Source: a virus (lineage: Duplodnaviria; Caudoviricetes). From it: DNA of 62,024 bases. The stretch spans positions 1-62,024 of the IMG/VR virus record IMGVR_UViG_3300031753_000006; one strand, given 5' to 3'. The translations under genes were made by a program, and so were the position numbers. Under the pieces are notes generated by a model. It was given only the letters and a program-made list of their open reading frames with translations, did not search any database and was not told the DNA's origin. This document shows, one piece after another, positions 28,666-37,941 of this stretch; position 1 is the first letter of the stretch, and the number at the start of each line of letters is the position of its first letter.

Positions 28666-29058
28666 ATGGCGAACGAGATTTCGGTCACTTCGGCCCTTAC
28701 GTATACCAACACGGCGAATGGCATTGCCGCGACCACTCTACAGATCGGTGGGGCGAGCAATAACGCTCTATTCAACATCAGCGGCAAGAACTTCGTCTAC
28801 GCGACCAAATCGTTCACTACTGGCGCGGGTGGAACTGCGATCCCTCTCGGCGCGGTTGGCACGCTTGGATGGGTAGCCATCAAGAACAACGACGCCGCGA
28901 ACTACATTCAAGTCTTGACGGCGGTATCTGGCACTGTCTTCCTTCGTATCAACGCTGGAGAGATGGCCAGCTTCCGGTTCGACCAAGGCGTGACTGCGCC
29001 GGCTATCCTCGCCAACACCGCTTCAGTCCTTACCGAATACATGATCCTGGAGAACTGA
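28666..29058 (+). CDS. Virion protein candidate, paralogue 1
   Basis: 130 aa MANEI...ILEN; closely similar to the next gene. Confidence 0.8.
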   Translation: MANEISVTSALTYTNTANGIAATTLQIGGASNNALFNISGKNFVYATKSFTTGAGGTAIPLGAVGTLGWVAIKNNDAANYIQVLTAVSGTVFLRINAGEMASFRFDQGVTAPAILANTASVLTEYMILEN

Positions 29059-29450
29059 TGGCCAACGAAATTCAAGTGACGTTGGCGTTACAGTACACCA
29101 ACGCCGCGCAGTCCATCCCGCCCACGTTACTACAGATCGCCGGTACGGCCAACCAGTCTCTCTTCTCGATCAGCGGCAAGAACTTCACGGACGGCACCAA
29201 GTCATTCCCGACTTCGGCCGGTGGGACGGCAATTCCGTTAGGTGGCGTTGGCACCCTCGGATGGGCAGTGATCCGCAATCTTGATCCAACGAACTATGTG
29301 CAGGTTCTAACCGCGGTATCCGGCACGGTGTTTCTCAGGATCAACGCTGGCGAGGCCGCGCTGTTTCGATTCGACCAAGGTGTCACGGCACCCGCTATCC
29401 TCGCCAACACCGCGGCTTGTGTCTGTCAATGGCTTATCCTCGAGAATTGA
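29058..29450 (+). CDS. Virion protein candidate, paralogue 2
   Basis: 130 aa MANEI...ILEN; TGATG coupling. Confidence 0.8.
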   Translation: MANEIQVTLALQYTNAAQSIPPTLLQIAGTANQSLFSISGKNFTDGTKSFPTSAGGTAIPLGGVGTLGWAVIRNLDPTNYVQVLTAVSGTVFLRINAGEAALFRFDQGVTAPAILANTAACVCQWLILEN

Positions 29451-29462
29451 TACAATGGGTGC

Positions 29463-29918
29463 GTGAGCACTGCCAACAAGCCTATTGAATTCAAACCAGT
29501 TGGAGAGGATGAACCAACTCCCGCAACCCCTGCCCTAGACGTCCGACTCCTCACCACAGAGGAAGTCGAAACCCTCCGACCTGAATTCGAGGCACAAAGA
29601 GCGGTCTTCCCGAACCCGCAGACTTCGTTTGCCGTGGGTGCTGTGGATGCCGACGGTAAGGTGGTCGCCTTCCTATTCTTCCAGTTGCAAGTTCACGCCG
29701 AGCCGATGAAGATCGATCATCCGCACGAAGCGTTGTTCAGTCGATTGGTCGATGTCGGCGAACGGACACTGGTCGAGCGGTGCGGGTCGCAACTGGTATA
29801 TGCCTTTACGCCGCCGGGTAAGATCACGAGGTTAGCACAGATGGCCGGTATGCAGATTGAGCCGTGGGTTGTCATGAGCAAGATCGTTGGGCCGCCGGGA
29901 GAGGAGGTGATCCAATAA
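29463..29918 (+). CDS. GNAT-like protein candidate
   Basis: AVDADGKVVAF strand pattern; position before ejection genes, as in podoviruses. Confidence 0.4.
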   Translation: MSTANKPIEFKPVGEDEPTPATPALDVRLLTTEEVETLRPEFEAQRAVFPNPQTSFAVGAVDADGKVVAFLFFQLQVHAEPMKIDHPHEALFSRLVDVGERTLVERCGSQLVYAFTPPGKITRLAQMAGMQIEPWVVMSKIVGPPGEEVIQ

Positions 29919-30448
29919 TGTTCGGACCAAGTAGTGGTGAATCAGCAGCTTCAACGGCACAGCAAGGATTCGGCATTCCAGCTCTGGGACAAGGCACGAC
30001 CAATCTGCAAACCGGCGCGAACTTCTTTCAGACGTTGCTTGGGGGCAACAAGGCGAACACGGAAGCACTGTTACAGCCAGACATCAACCGGATCAGAGAG
30101 AGCACACAGGGCGCATTGCAGGGTGTGTCGACGCTTATGCCGCGCGGTGGAGGTCGGTCAGCCACACTATTCCAACAACCCTTCGCGGCACAGAGTCAGA
30201 TCGGTAATTTGTTCAGTGGATTGAGATCTGGAGCGGCCGGTGGATTAGCACAGATCGGCGGCCAGCAAGCACAGATCGGGCAGACGTCGGCGCAGAACCT
30301 GTTCCAGAACTCGATGCAGCAGCGGCAATACCACGACCAGCAGATGGCCAAATTGGCTCAAGGCATCTTCGGTCTTGCGACGTTGCCATTTGGTGGTGGG
30401 TCGGCGACCGGCGGGTTACTCGGTGCCATTCCGGGGATTGGAGGTTAA
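29918..30448 (+). CDS. DNA ejection / pilot protein candidate
   Basis: Gly/Gln/Ala-rich with hydrophobic Gly-rich C-terminus; GAGGAGGT RBS. Confidence 0.55.
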   Translation: MFGPSSGESAASTAQQGFGIPALGQGTTNLQTGANFFQTLLGGNKANTEALLQPDINRIRESTQGALQGVSTLMPRGGGRSATLFQQPFAAQSQIGNLFSGLRSGAAGGLAQIGGQQAQIGQTSAQNLFQNSMQQRQYHDQQMAKLAQGIFGLATLPFGGGSATGGLLGAIPGIGG

Positions 30449-32299
30449 ATGGGCGCGTTCATAACAGGTTTGGGCGAGGGGGCTGCGAACTACGGAACGC
30501 AGCAACGTTCGCTCGAGAACCAGAGAACCATCACCGGCATGCAACAGTCCGGTGAGACACAACGGCTAGCGATGACCCATTGGGAAAACCAGCGTCAGGC
30601 TCTGGCCGGCGCGATCCAGCAGGCCGCGATGTCCGAACCGGTCGGCAGTCCTTTGCGCCATCAGTACCTCGATGCATGGACCCGTCTACTCGGCGAAAAA
30701 CCCGGCGCCAAACTGGACGCTTACCACACCGAATTCTCGCAATTACAGAATCATGCTCGAGCGGCCGATCAGGAAGGGCAGATTGCCTCCGCGGCGACCA
30801 GAGCCGCCTCCCAACCCATATCCGGCCCTCCCAATCCAGCCTCACCTGGGCAAACTCCCGGTGCGACCCCGACGATCCCGCCGATGCCTGGGCCATCCGG
30901 TATGCCGGAACAACGTCTGGGCGGTCCACTAGCCGCGCAACCGCCCACATCGCCTGTCCAACCGATCACACAGACAGGAGGGGCTGGCGGCCAAAATGCC
31001 GCGTCTCCCTTTCCGGACACCGCCGTTTCTGCCTCAGCAGTCCCAACAGCCGCACCAACAGGCGCTGGGGCAGTTGCTAATCAAGGCAGTGCAGGGCCTT
31101 CCCAATCTGTTCCGTCGATAGACGATCTGTGGAACTCGCCAATGTCGCCGGCTGAGCGGGCTGCGATGGCGCCGATGCATTACGGCCCGCAGTTTGCGGA
31201 TGCCATCAGCAAGATCCCTGGAATTGACAAGTTCCCGCTGCTAGCCACTGAAGCGAAGTTGCAAGCGTATGGGCTTAAGCCAACGCCGATGGCGGGACTA
31301 ATCCGGCCGATCAACGTACCGGGATTGATCCCCGCACCGCCCGGAGCAACCAGTGCGCTGGATGGTTCACCTATCAGTACACCGTACGTTCGTGTGCAAA
31401 GGAGTTTGATAGATAACACTGAGCAATACTACCCAGAGTATGGTACTACCTCGCCGACAGTAATGCCGGATCCAAACTCCAAGACCGGGTTCTCGCGTGT
31501 GGTGTTTGATACGCAAGGGCAAGAGATCAGCCGGGTTACCGGGGCCACGCCGCCGGGACAGTTCGTACCCAAGGTCACCAAGTCGGAGAAGGAAACGGTT
31601 GTTGACTTTGGCGATCACAAGGAGATTTGGCCGGTCGGTACAGAGACAGTGACGCAGGGGGTTATTCCAGGGCAGGATCCCAAGGGGAATGCCACACCGG
31701 CACCGACGTCCAACCTACCGCACCCGCTCATTCCCGGCCCGTCGGTACCACCCGCCCGCAACATCGGCGAGAAGACACTGACACCGAACCAAGAGATGAC
31801 CAGTGAGCAAAAGCTGGGACAGTACCAACTGGCCAAAGATCGTGCGCAGATGGTCATTCAGAACGCTCCCATGCTTGCTTCGTTGATCGAATCTGGCAAG
31901 CTGGAACTCGAGCTGGACACCGACGGTTTCCTCAAGGCTATTGTGAACCGCTCGATGCCAATGAACGCACGAGAGGCACAATTAGCGTCGGACTTCATCA
32001 CCTTGTCGGAAGACATCAACGTTCTCCGCGGGCCGCTGGGCGCCACTGGATTTCGTGGTCCTGAAGCGTTTCAGCGATTGCAAGCGCAGAAAGGACAATT
32101 GCTCGCCCGGCCGGAGATCACCGTGGGTGTGTTGCAGAATACCATCCAAGCGTTGAACCGACAGATCGGGCCGATTCAGAAACGTGTGGGTGTGTCGCCA
32201 CCCGCCGCGCAGCCGACGCCTAACGAACAGCCGACACCAGCCGGTCCCGCCATGTCCAAGACCGCACAGGAATACCTGAAAAAGAGAGGTAAACTGTAG
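30449..32299 (+). CDS. Internal virion / ejection protein candidate
   Basis: MGAFITGLGEG start, Pro/Ala/Gln-rich; GGAGGT RBS. Confidence 0.55.
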   Translation: MGAFITGLGEGAANYGTQQRSLENQRTITGMQQSGETQRLAMTHWENQRQALAGAIQQAAMSEPVGSPLRHQYLDAWTRLLGEKPGAKLDAYHTEFSQLQNHARAADQEGQIASAATRAASQPISGPPNPASPGQTPGATPTIPPMPGPSGMPEQRLGGPLAAQPPTSPVQPITQTGGAGGQNAASPFPDTAVSASAVPTAAPTGAGAVANQGSAGPSQSVPSIDDLWNSPMSPAERAAMAPMHYGPQFADAISKIPGIDKFPLLATEAKLQAYGLKPTPMAGLIRPINVPGLIPAPPGATSALDGSPISTPYVRVQRSLIDNTEQYYPEYGTTSPTVMPDPNSKTGFSRVVFDTQGQEISRVTGATPPGQFVPKVTKSEKETVVDFGDHKEIWPVGTETVTQGVIPGQDPKGNATPAPTSNLPHPLIPGPSVPPARNIGEKTLTPNQEMTSEQKLGQYQLAKDRAQMVIQNAPMLASLIESGKLELELDTDGFLKAIVNRSMPMNAREAQLASDFITLSEDINVLRGPLGATGFRGPEAFQRLQAQKGQLLARPEITVGVLQNTIQALNRQIGPIQKRVGVSPPAAQPTPNEQPTPAGPAMSKTAQEYLKKRGKL

Positions 32300-32301
32300 C
32301 A

Positions 32302-33474
32302 ATGGCCTGGGATCCATTCGACGAGTATTTCAACGATCCCGAGTTCCGCAAGCTCGCTGGACCGGACAAGATCGCTGTGCTCAGTCGAGTCGATCCAGAG
32401 TTCGCGCAGTTGCCGATCAAGGAACAGGCCAATGCGGTGCAGGCTTACCTGAACACACCGTCGGCCGGCAAAGGCGTGCTCGAGACTGTGGCCGATGCCC
32501 TTGGCGGCACGGCCTTGTCCCTCGTCCACCCCGTCGAAGCCTTCCGCGCAGCCTCCCAAGCACAGGAATTAGAGCGCCAACGAGCGGCCGAAGCATCGCA
32601 GTCCGGCCATCCGTTCGAGGCATTTGGACATCGACTGGCCGCTGGTATGCCTGTTTGGATTGGGCCGATGGCAGGGCAAGCAGGCGAGGATATCGGCGAG
32701 GGAAGGACAGCGCAGGGGTTGACTGAGGCAGGGATGGCATTGGGACCGTCAGCTCTGGGAGGTGCGGCAAGAGCAATCCCACCCAGCGCCAGATTTTTAA
32801 AAGGAGCGGCTAAAGCATCGCCAGCAGCATTTGCAGCAGCATCTAAAACATGGCCCGTATGGTCGACCGAACTGGTGCCTGGAATGCCACACTGGCTAGC
32901 ACCCGCTGTAACGGCCGCTGCTGGAGCACCTGAGTTGATCCGTGGTGGGTTGGCCGAGATGAGAGGAGAGCAGTACCCTCCAGCGCCGATACCATCGGTA
33001 GGAGCACCGCCTGTTAGATTTCCGGAACGACCAGCCCCGGTATCAGCACCGCCGGTTACCTTCCCACCCGCGGCCTCCACACCCACACCCAAGCCTGCGC
33101 CGCCGGTTACCTTCCCACCAGTAGGCGAGGAACCTGCGCCGCCACCGACTCGAACGTATCCCGCACCGCCTGTTCGATTTCGCAAGACCGCCAATGCCAA
33201 AGAGGAAGCTGGACCGACCGCACCCCCGACCATTCCACCGGTCGTCCAAGTCGTCACACCACCCGAAACCCTTCCGTCTCAAGACTGGCGTTTTGAGGAC
33301 GCTCGAGATATGGCTCGCTTACTCAATCAACACGGCATTAATCCGGCTGACCTAGAAGCGAATGAATGGACGATCGCCGCGCCAGCTCTCAAGCGTAACT
33401 TGGGCGTGCCGAACCCACGCGCACAACAGCTCGTCATGCAGGAGTGGAACAAACTCCAGCCAAGGGGGCAGTAG
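32302..33474 (+). CDS. Internal virion protein candidate with Pro-rich repeats
   Basis: Ala/Gly-rich helices; four APPV(R/T)F repeats. Confidence 0.5.
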   Translation: MAWDPFDEYFNDPEFRKLAGPDKIAVLSRVDPEFAQLPIKEQANAVQAYLNTPSAGKGVLETVADALGGTALSLVHPVEAFRAASQAQELERQRAAEASQSGHPFEAFGHRLAAGMPVWIGPMAGQAGEDIGEGRTAQGLTEAGMALGPSALGGAARAIPPSARFLKGAAKASPAAFAAASKTWPVWSTELVPGMPHWLAPAVTAAAGAPELIRGGLAEMRGEQYPPAPIPSVGAPPVRFPERPAPVSAPPVTFPPAASTPTPKPAPPVTFPPVGEEPAPPPTRTYPAPPVRFRKTANAKEEAGPTAPPTIPPVVQVVTPPETLPSQDWRFEDARDMARLLNQHGINPADLEANEWTIAAPALKRNLGVPNPRAQQLVMQEWNKLQPRGQ

Positions 33475-34056
33475 ATGCCCTTCAATCTCTTCGCACCGTC
33501 CACTTGGTTGAGCGGATTTGGCTCATCGCCACAACCCACAGGCCTGTTCCAAACTCGCGTGACCCGCACTCCTGGCGGCGTGGCGCCAATGGATCCAGAG
33601 AAACGCGCGGTATACAACGACCGGATCGACCCACTGCAAGTCGTCGCCCAATCCAATCTACCGCCCGAACAAAAGGCCGCTCTCATGTCTGCATGGAAGT
33701 CACAAGGACCCGGTTTCATTACCGCCCAGCCTGATCAAGTACAGAACTCGCCCGTGATGCGGCACGAACAGATCCACGCTCTACAGCAACAAGCTGGCCT
33801 GAACCCGTACGCAAACGAGATCGCCGGTCTAGTGAACCCAGGTCTGGTCGATCAGATCCGCAACACTCCGATCTATCAACAGGAGTTCAAGCAGTACGGC
33901 GAGGCGCCCACGATCGCGGACGAGGGGTCGGCGTTTCAGTTGACCATGATGCCGAACGACAGTTCGACGCCAAACTTACAGGACGCCATCATGCGCCACT
34001 TGAAGACACAAGTGCAGCAGAAGCAGCTCGCGCGGCTTACTTCACCCCGCGGTTAA
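33475..34056 (+). CDS. HExxH-motif protein (zincin-like)
   Basis: MRHEQIHALQ plus downstream DEGSAF. Confidence 0.5.
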   Translation: MPFNLFAPSTWLSGFGSSPQPTGLFQTRVTRTPGGVAPMDPEKRAVYNDRIDPLQVVAQSNLPPEQKAALMSAWKSQGPGFITAQPDQVQNSPVMRHEQIHALQQQAGLNPYANEIAGLVNPGLVDQIRNTPIYQQEFKQYGEAPTIADEGSAFQLTMMPNDSSTPNLQDAIMRHLKTQVQQKQLARLTSPRG

Positions 34057-34780
34057 TCCCAAAAGTAGCCTCGCTAAACAGTTCCTCGTACTCAGGTTCG
34101 CCCGGTCGGCATCCGTACGTCTCTAGGAATTGATCTCTATTCCGATCGGCTCCTCGCTTGATACAATTAGCGTCCGCTGGTTCGGCAAACCGCAAAGTGT
34201 TTGCACCGTTGCCAATGTGGAGCATCGGAAGATCGATACAGACAGCCCTGATTCCGGCCCAGTGCATTCGCACATGATATTCGGCGTCTTCACAATAAGC
34301 AGGGTAATATGATTCATTGAATGGACCTACCTTGTCGTAACAGGACTTGCGGATGAGAAAGCCAGAGAAGTTGGGGTGTGGCCGACCGCATGGTAAAATT
34401 TCTTCTGGGAAACCGAATTGCTCCTCGTTATCCACACTCACAGTAGTTACGAACTTATGACCAGTGAATTGAAGAATGCGGTATGTCGGCGGTGACACGA
34501 TCACGTCGTTGTTCAACACCAAAGCATGCTCACCACCACGCCGCCACACATCCCTCAGAGCGAGGTTCCAGCAGGCTGCAAGAGACTTCTGTTGAGCCAA
34601 CGCCGTGTAGACCACGTTCTCGAACTTTGCGGCGGTTGCCATACCCCACTGCTGAGTGCCATCTGTGGAGGCATTATCGACGATCGTGATCTCGACTGGG
34701 GTGTCTTGTGCGAGCGCGGCTTTGAGGGTTCGGCGGGTCAGGTGGAGGCCGTTGCGGGCGACTATGATGATAGAGTTCAT
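34037..34780 (-). CDS. Glycosyltransferase family 2
   Basis: IVDNASTDGT, LNNDV, VGPFNESYYPAYCEDAEY. Confidence 0.9.
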   Translation of the reverse strand: MNSIIIVARNGLHLTRRTLKAALAQDTPVEITIVDNASTDGTQQWGMATAAKFENVVYTALAQQKSLAACWNLALRDVWRRGGEHALVLNNDVIVSPPTYRILQFTGHKFVTTVSVDNEEQFGFPEEILPCGRPHPNFSGFLIRKSCYDKVGPFNESYYPAYCEDAEYHVRMHWAGIRAVCIDLPMLHIGNGANTLRFAEPADANCIKRGADRNRDQFLETYGCRPGEPEYEELFSEATFGINRGVK

Positions 34781-34896
34781 TTGTAGGAGATCCACAGTTG
34801 GTGGCTTACGACGAAAATAATTATACCGACGGATAGCCTAAAGTCGTTTATAACCGCCGCAGCAGACAAAGACAACATCAAAGAAAGGATCTTCAT
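34777..34896 (-). CDS. Small hydrophobic protein (39 aa, not in ORF track)
   Basis: ATGA overlaps at both ends; MKILSLMLSLSAAAV. Confidence 0.45.
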   Translation of the reverse strand: MKILSLMLSLSAAAVINDFRLSVGIIIFVVSHQLWISYK

Positions 34897-35243
34897 TGCC
34901 GACGCCCGTTAGAGATAGACGTGATATCACCGAGCGATGGTTGCATGATCGTGTGGCTCATGTCCACTTCTTCGATCAGTGCACCGGCCGAATTGTGGTT
35001 CGATTGCCGTTGATCATCATCGGCAAACTTACGTAAAGCGGCAGTGGCATACCTCTCGTCTCGGTAGGTACGGATGATCGCTTCGTTCTTGTCGGCGCCC
35101 AGGCTGACGACCGTGTGCTGGCGGGCTGCAATGGTCATGCCATCGGACGCACGATAGAGCATTGCTTGCGACGGACGTTTGTTCCCCTGCCGGTCGACCG
35201 ACTCTGGGTAGGTTTCGAGAATGTGGGTGTAGGGTTTGCTCAT
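34893..35243 (-). CDS. Hypothetical protein
   Basis: ATGA-coupled ORF. Confidence 0.6.
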   Translation of the reverse strand: MSKPYTHILETYPESVDRQGNKRPSQAMLYRASDGMTIAARQHTVVSLGADKNEAIIRTYRDERYATAALRKFADDDQRQSNHNSAGALIEEVDMSHTIMQPSLGDITSISNGRRQ

Positions 35244-35458
35244 TCTGCCTCAATTTCAAAACGGTCTTGGAATTCCGAGTAAAGTTTTTGTACAGCGGCC
35301 ATTGCCTGTTCCGCAGTTAGAAAACTTCCTCCGTAAGACCAACTAGCAATTCCGTCTTCTGGTCTTATATCGATACGGTCAATGATCTCTCCGGTTTCAG
35401 TTTCGTACAATACTCGACCGCAGTAAATCGTATACCATTTCAATTTGGTTTTTTTCAT
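35240..35458 (-). CDS. Hypothetical protein
   Basis: ATGA-coupled, A/T-rich ORF. Confidence 0.6.
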   Translation of the reverse strand: MKKTKLKWYTIYCGRVLYETETGEIIDRIDIRPEDGIASWSYGGSFLTAEQAMAAVQKLYSEFQDRFEIEAE

Positions 35459-35970
35459 TTAATCGCCTCGACCCCTAAGATCCAGCGGTCCCTCGCAATG
35501 TCTGCGCCTTCGATCATCCGCCAGTTAAATCGATAGTACGATGTCCAGTCGGCGCATGTCAAGAGGAATTGCTTCAGGCTTGCGGCATCGTATCCCCACT
35601 CATGCTGATCGTCTTTCGAGTCCATGTATGCTCCGTACACATTAGTCATGTATACCTGTGTGGAGATCCTTCCCTCTTGCCACATCTTAGCCAGTTCCCA
35701 CATATCAGGTACGCACACGATCAAAGATCCGTACGGCTTGAGAATGCGGTAGCACTCTTGAATCAACGACTTCGCTTCGCCGCAACGAAAATGCTCGCAG
35801 ATATGATGTAAGACAATGTAGTCAGCCTCATTATCGTGGAACATCGGCATCGAGTCACCACTGGCCACAACGTCGGGAGACCACTTCTCCTGACAGTCGA
35901 CGTTCAGCCAGACCGTGTTACCGGTCGATTGGAATTTCCTCTGGCCGCTACCTACGTTAATGCCGAGCAC
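35455..35970 (-). CDS. Class I SAM-dependent methyltransferase
   Basis: INVGSG, WLNVD, HICEH, ECYRILKPYGSLIVCVPD. Confidence 0.85.
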   Translation of the reverse strand: MLGINVGSGQRKFQSTGNTVWLNVDCQEKWSPDVVASGDSMPMFHDNEADYIVLHHICEHFRCGEAKSLIQECYRILKPYGSLIVCVPDMWELAKMWQEGRISTQVYMTNVYGAYMDSKDDQHEWGYDAASLKQFLLTCADWTSYYRFNWRMIEGADIARDRWILGVEAIK

Positions 35971-36130
35971 GGTTATAAACCTTTTCTAGTTCATCTTGGA
36001 TCTTGTTGTATTCATACACCACCCGTTTATACCGTTCCCACAGTTCTTCGCTGATCTCCGTTTTATAACCACACGACTCGTAAAAGCCGTAATCAGGCCA
36101 ACGTTCACAACGCTCAATTTTAATCTTCAC
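35957..36130 (-). CDS. Hypothetical protein
   Basis: GTG start overlapping the upstream stop. Confidence 0.5.
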   Translation of the reverse strand: MKIKIERCERWPDYGFYESCGYKTEISEELWERYKRVVYEYNKIQDELEKVYNRARH

Positions 36131-36819
36131 TATGCCCCCTTCCACCCCATATCCCCAGTCAACATCCGGTACCAGTTCCCAATCCCCGGTGACCGGCCGT
36201 TGAAGTGGTACACACTCGGCGTATTGTGCGTCACGGCGTTCGATCCATCGGGCGATAGTTCGTGTGACGCTGCCGACGCCATAGTCTGGAACACGTTGCA
36301 ACCCGAGTCGATCGTGGTGATCAGACGGCCCTTGCGGTAGAGATACCACTTCGTCCAACAGAGTTGGTCATCGTTGCCCCAATTGTCGATGTTGTCCGAC
36401 ATGGACAACAAGGCTTCAATCACCGCGCCTCGTTCGCCCATCCAACCGCCCGAGTTGATGTATCGCCATGGAGAGCGCCGATCCACAATAGGATAGTGGG
36501 TGGAGAGGTTGACGTCTGGCCAACAATTCTTCTCGGCCGACACGAGGATCAGTGAGCCGACCTGCTGGTATTTCTCGAGGATGGACTTTGATGTACCGTT
36601 GATGAACGTGTCCGCGCCATCGGTGAACAGGACGAACGGCTCCTCTCTCGTCTCAAGGAACTTGGCGGCGTCTCGGATCTTGGCGAGTGCGTGGCCGGGA
36701 TATATGCCGGTGCCGTAAGTGGCCAGCTCGATGTCGTACAGTTCGCACGATCGGCGCAACAAACTGAGGTCGATCCTCGGTGTATCATAATCGCAAGTGA
36801 AGATGAGGAGATCGCTCAC
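36130..36819 (-). CDS. PLOD/lysyl-hydroxylase-type glycosyltransferase domain protein
   Basis: LFTDGADT, VSAEKNCWPD, YINSGGWMG, DDQ, IDSGCNVFQT, HFNG. Confidence 0.8.
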   Translation of the reverse strand: MSDLLIFTCDYDTPRIDLSLLRRSCELYDIELATYGTGIYPGHALAKIRDAAKFLETREEPFVLFTDGADTFINGTSKSILEKYQQVGSLILVSAEKNCWPDVNLSTHYPIVDRRSPWRYINSGGWMGERGAVIEALLSMSDNIDNWGNDDQLCWTKWYLYRKGRLITTIDSGCNVFQTMASAASHELSPDGSNAVTHNTPSVYHFNGRSPGIGNWYRMLTGDMGWKGA

Positions 36820-37094
36820 TGCGGCCTCTCATCTTCCGGCGTGTTAGGCGTGCCGGTATAGCACTGATCCTTCTTACAAAAGCAACACCCCTTGGCCTTA
36901 CTGCAATAGTGCGAGCACTGCGCCTCACCATTCTGCCGCTTGCATGACCGCATGTTGCACGGCGGCTCGTTCGGATGTTCAGTGTCTTTGCAGGGGGTCG
37001 GCTGACCGGCCATGCAGGTCTGCGTAGTCAACCCGCCGATTACCACGCACGCGATCAACAAAAAGACAGATAGACAGATCAACTTAGCCACCAA
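36816..37094 (-). CDS. Small secreted or anchored Cys-rich protein
   Basis: Hydrophobic N-terminus then about 10 Cys; GGAGGT RBS. Confidence 0.65.
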   Translation of the reverse strand: MVAKLICLSVFLLIACVVIGGLTTQTCMAGQPTPCKDTEHPNEPPCNMRSCKRQNGEAQCSHYCSKAKGCCFCKKDQCYTGTPNTPEDERPQ

Positions 37095-37941
37095 TCACCT
37101 CCTTGTACACCCGTTCCAAGCACTCAGCGTGGTACTGCCAAGTCAACGTCCGCGCGAACTCATTAGGTCGCCAGTCCCACGACTGCGCCGTCAACGCCCA
37201 TCTGATCAACCGTTCGAGCAGCCCCTCGTCCGTTGGATCGAACCGGACTAGGCCGGGATAGTGCTCGCCGCCCCAGTTAGCCGAGGTATCGAGCACGCGA
37301 CAGCCAGCGCACAAGGCTTCTCCGGTCGTGAGGGACATGCGCTCAGACGTTGAGGCGTTGACGAACACCTTGTGGTCGAAGTATTTCTGGGCCAGTTGTT
37401 CGCGGGTTAGGCCAGTCGCTAGCTCGAATGGTACGCCGAGACGTTGGCAGATCGCACTGACCGTCGGCACACCTTTGTCTGTATCGCCGCGGGCAGAGAC
37501 GCACAGGACACCGTATACTGCGTTTCTGACATACGACAATGGCGCCGCATGAAACATTTCGTCAGTGCCATTAGGGATCACCCGAACGTTCCTACCATGA
37601 AGGATCGGCAACAATCCAGACTCTGTGTGGCTAAACGGTAGGATAAACCGCGCGTTCGATAACACGGCTCTAGCATACGACCCACTGAACCCATAGTAGA
37701 TCGGCGTCACCACGTACGGCAATCCGACTGCGAGCACGGCTTCGTAATTCCCGTTCGACCAATCGAAGTCACAGTGATAGATGTGGGCTAGATCGAAGTT
37801 GCCCGTCGCCATCGCCGTTCGATCCCAGCCCGTCTCGACGCACGTATGGCCGCGCTTACGAAGGGCTTCCATTGTGGCGTCGAGCGCGATCAGGTCGCCG
37901 CCTGGGTGGACTCGGCCGCGGTTAAGAAAGGCTATGCGCAC
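37084..37941 (-). CDS. GT-B fold glycosyltransferase (GT4-like)
   Basis: GGD...ALRKRGH, VIPNGTD, VFVNASTSE...EALCAGC; GTG start with GGAGG RBS. Confidence 0.8.
   Translation of the reverse strand: MRIAFLNRGRVHPGGDLIALDATMEALRKRGHTCVETGWDRTAMATGNFDLAHIYHCDFDWSNGNYEAVLAVGLPYVVTPIYYGFSGSYARAVLSNARFILPFSHTESGLLPILHGRNVRVIPNGTDEMFHAAPLSYVRNAVYGVLCVSARGDTDKGVPTVSAICQRLGVPFELATGLTREQLAQKYFDHKVFVNASTSERMSLTTGEALCAGCRVLDTSANWGGEHYPGLVRFDPTDEGLLERLIRWALTAQSWDWRPNEFARTLTWQYHAECLERVYKEVIGG

Noticed and set aside
28666-29450. DGR template/variable repeat pair
   Set aside because: Differences are not adenine-specific, both copies are intact genes, and there is no RT.
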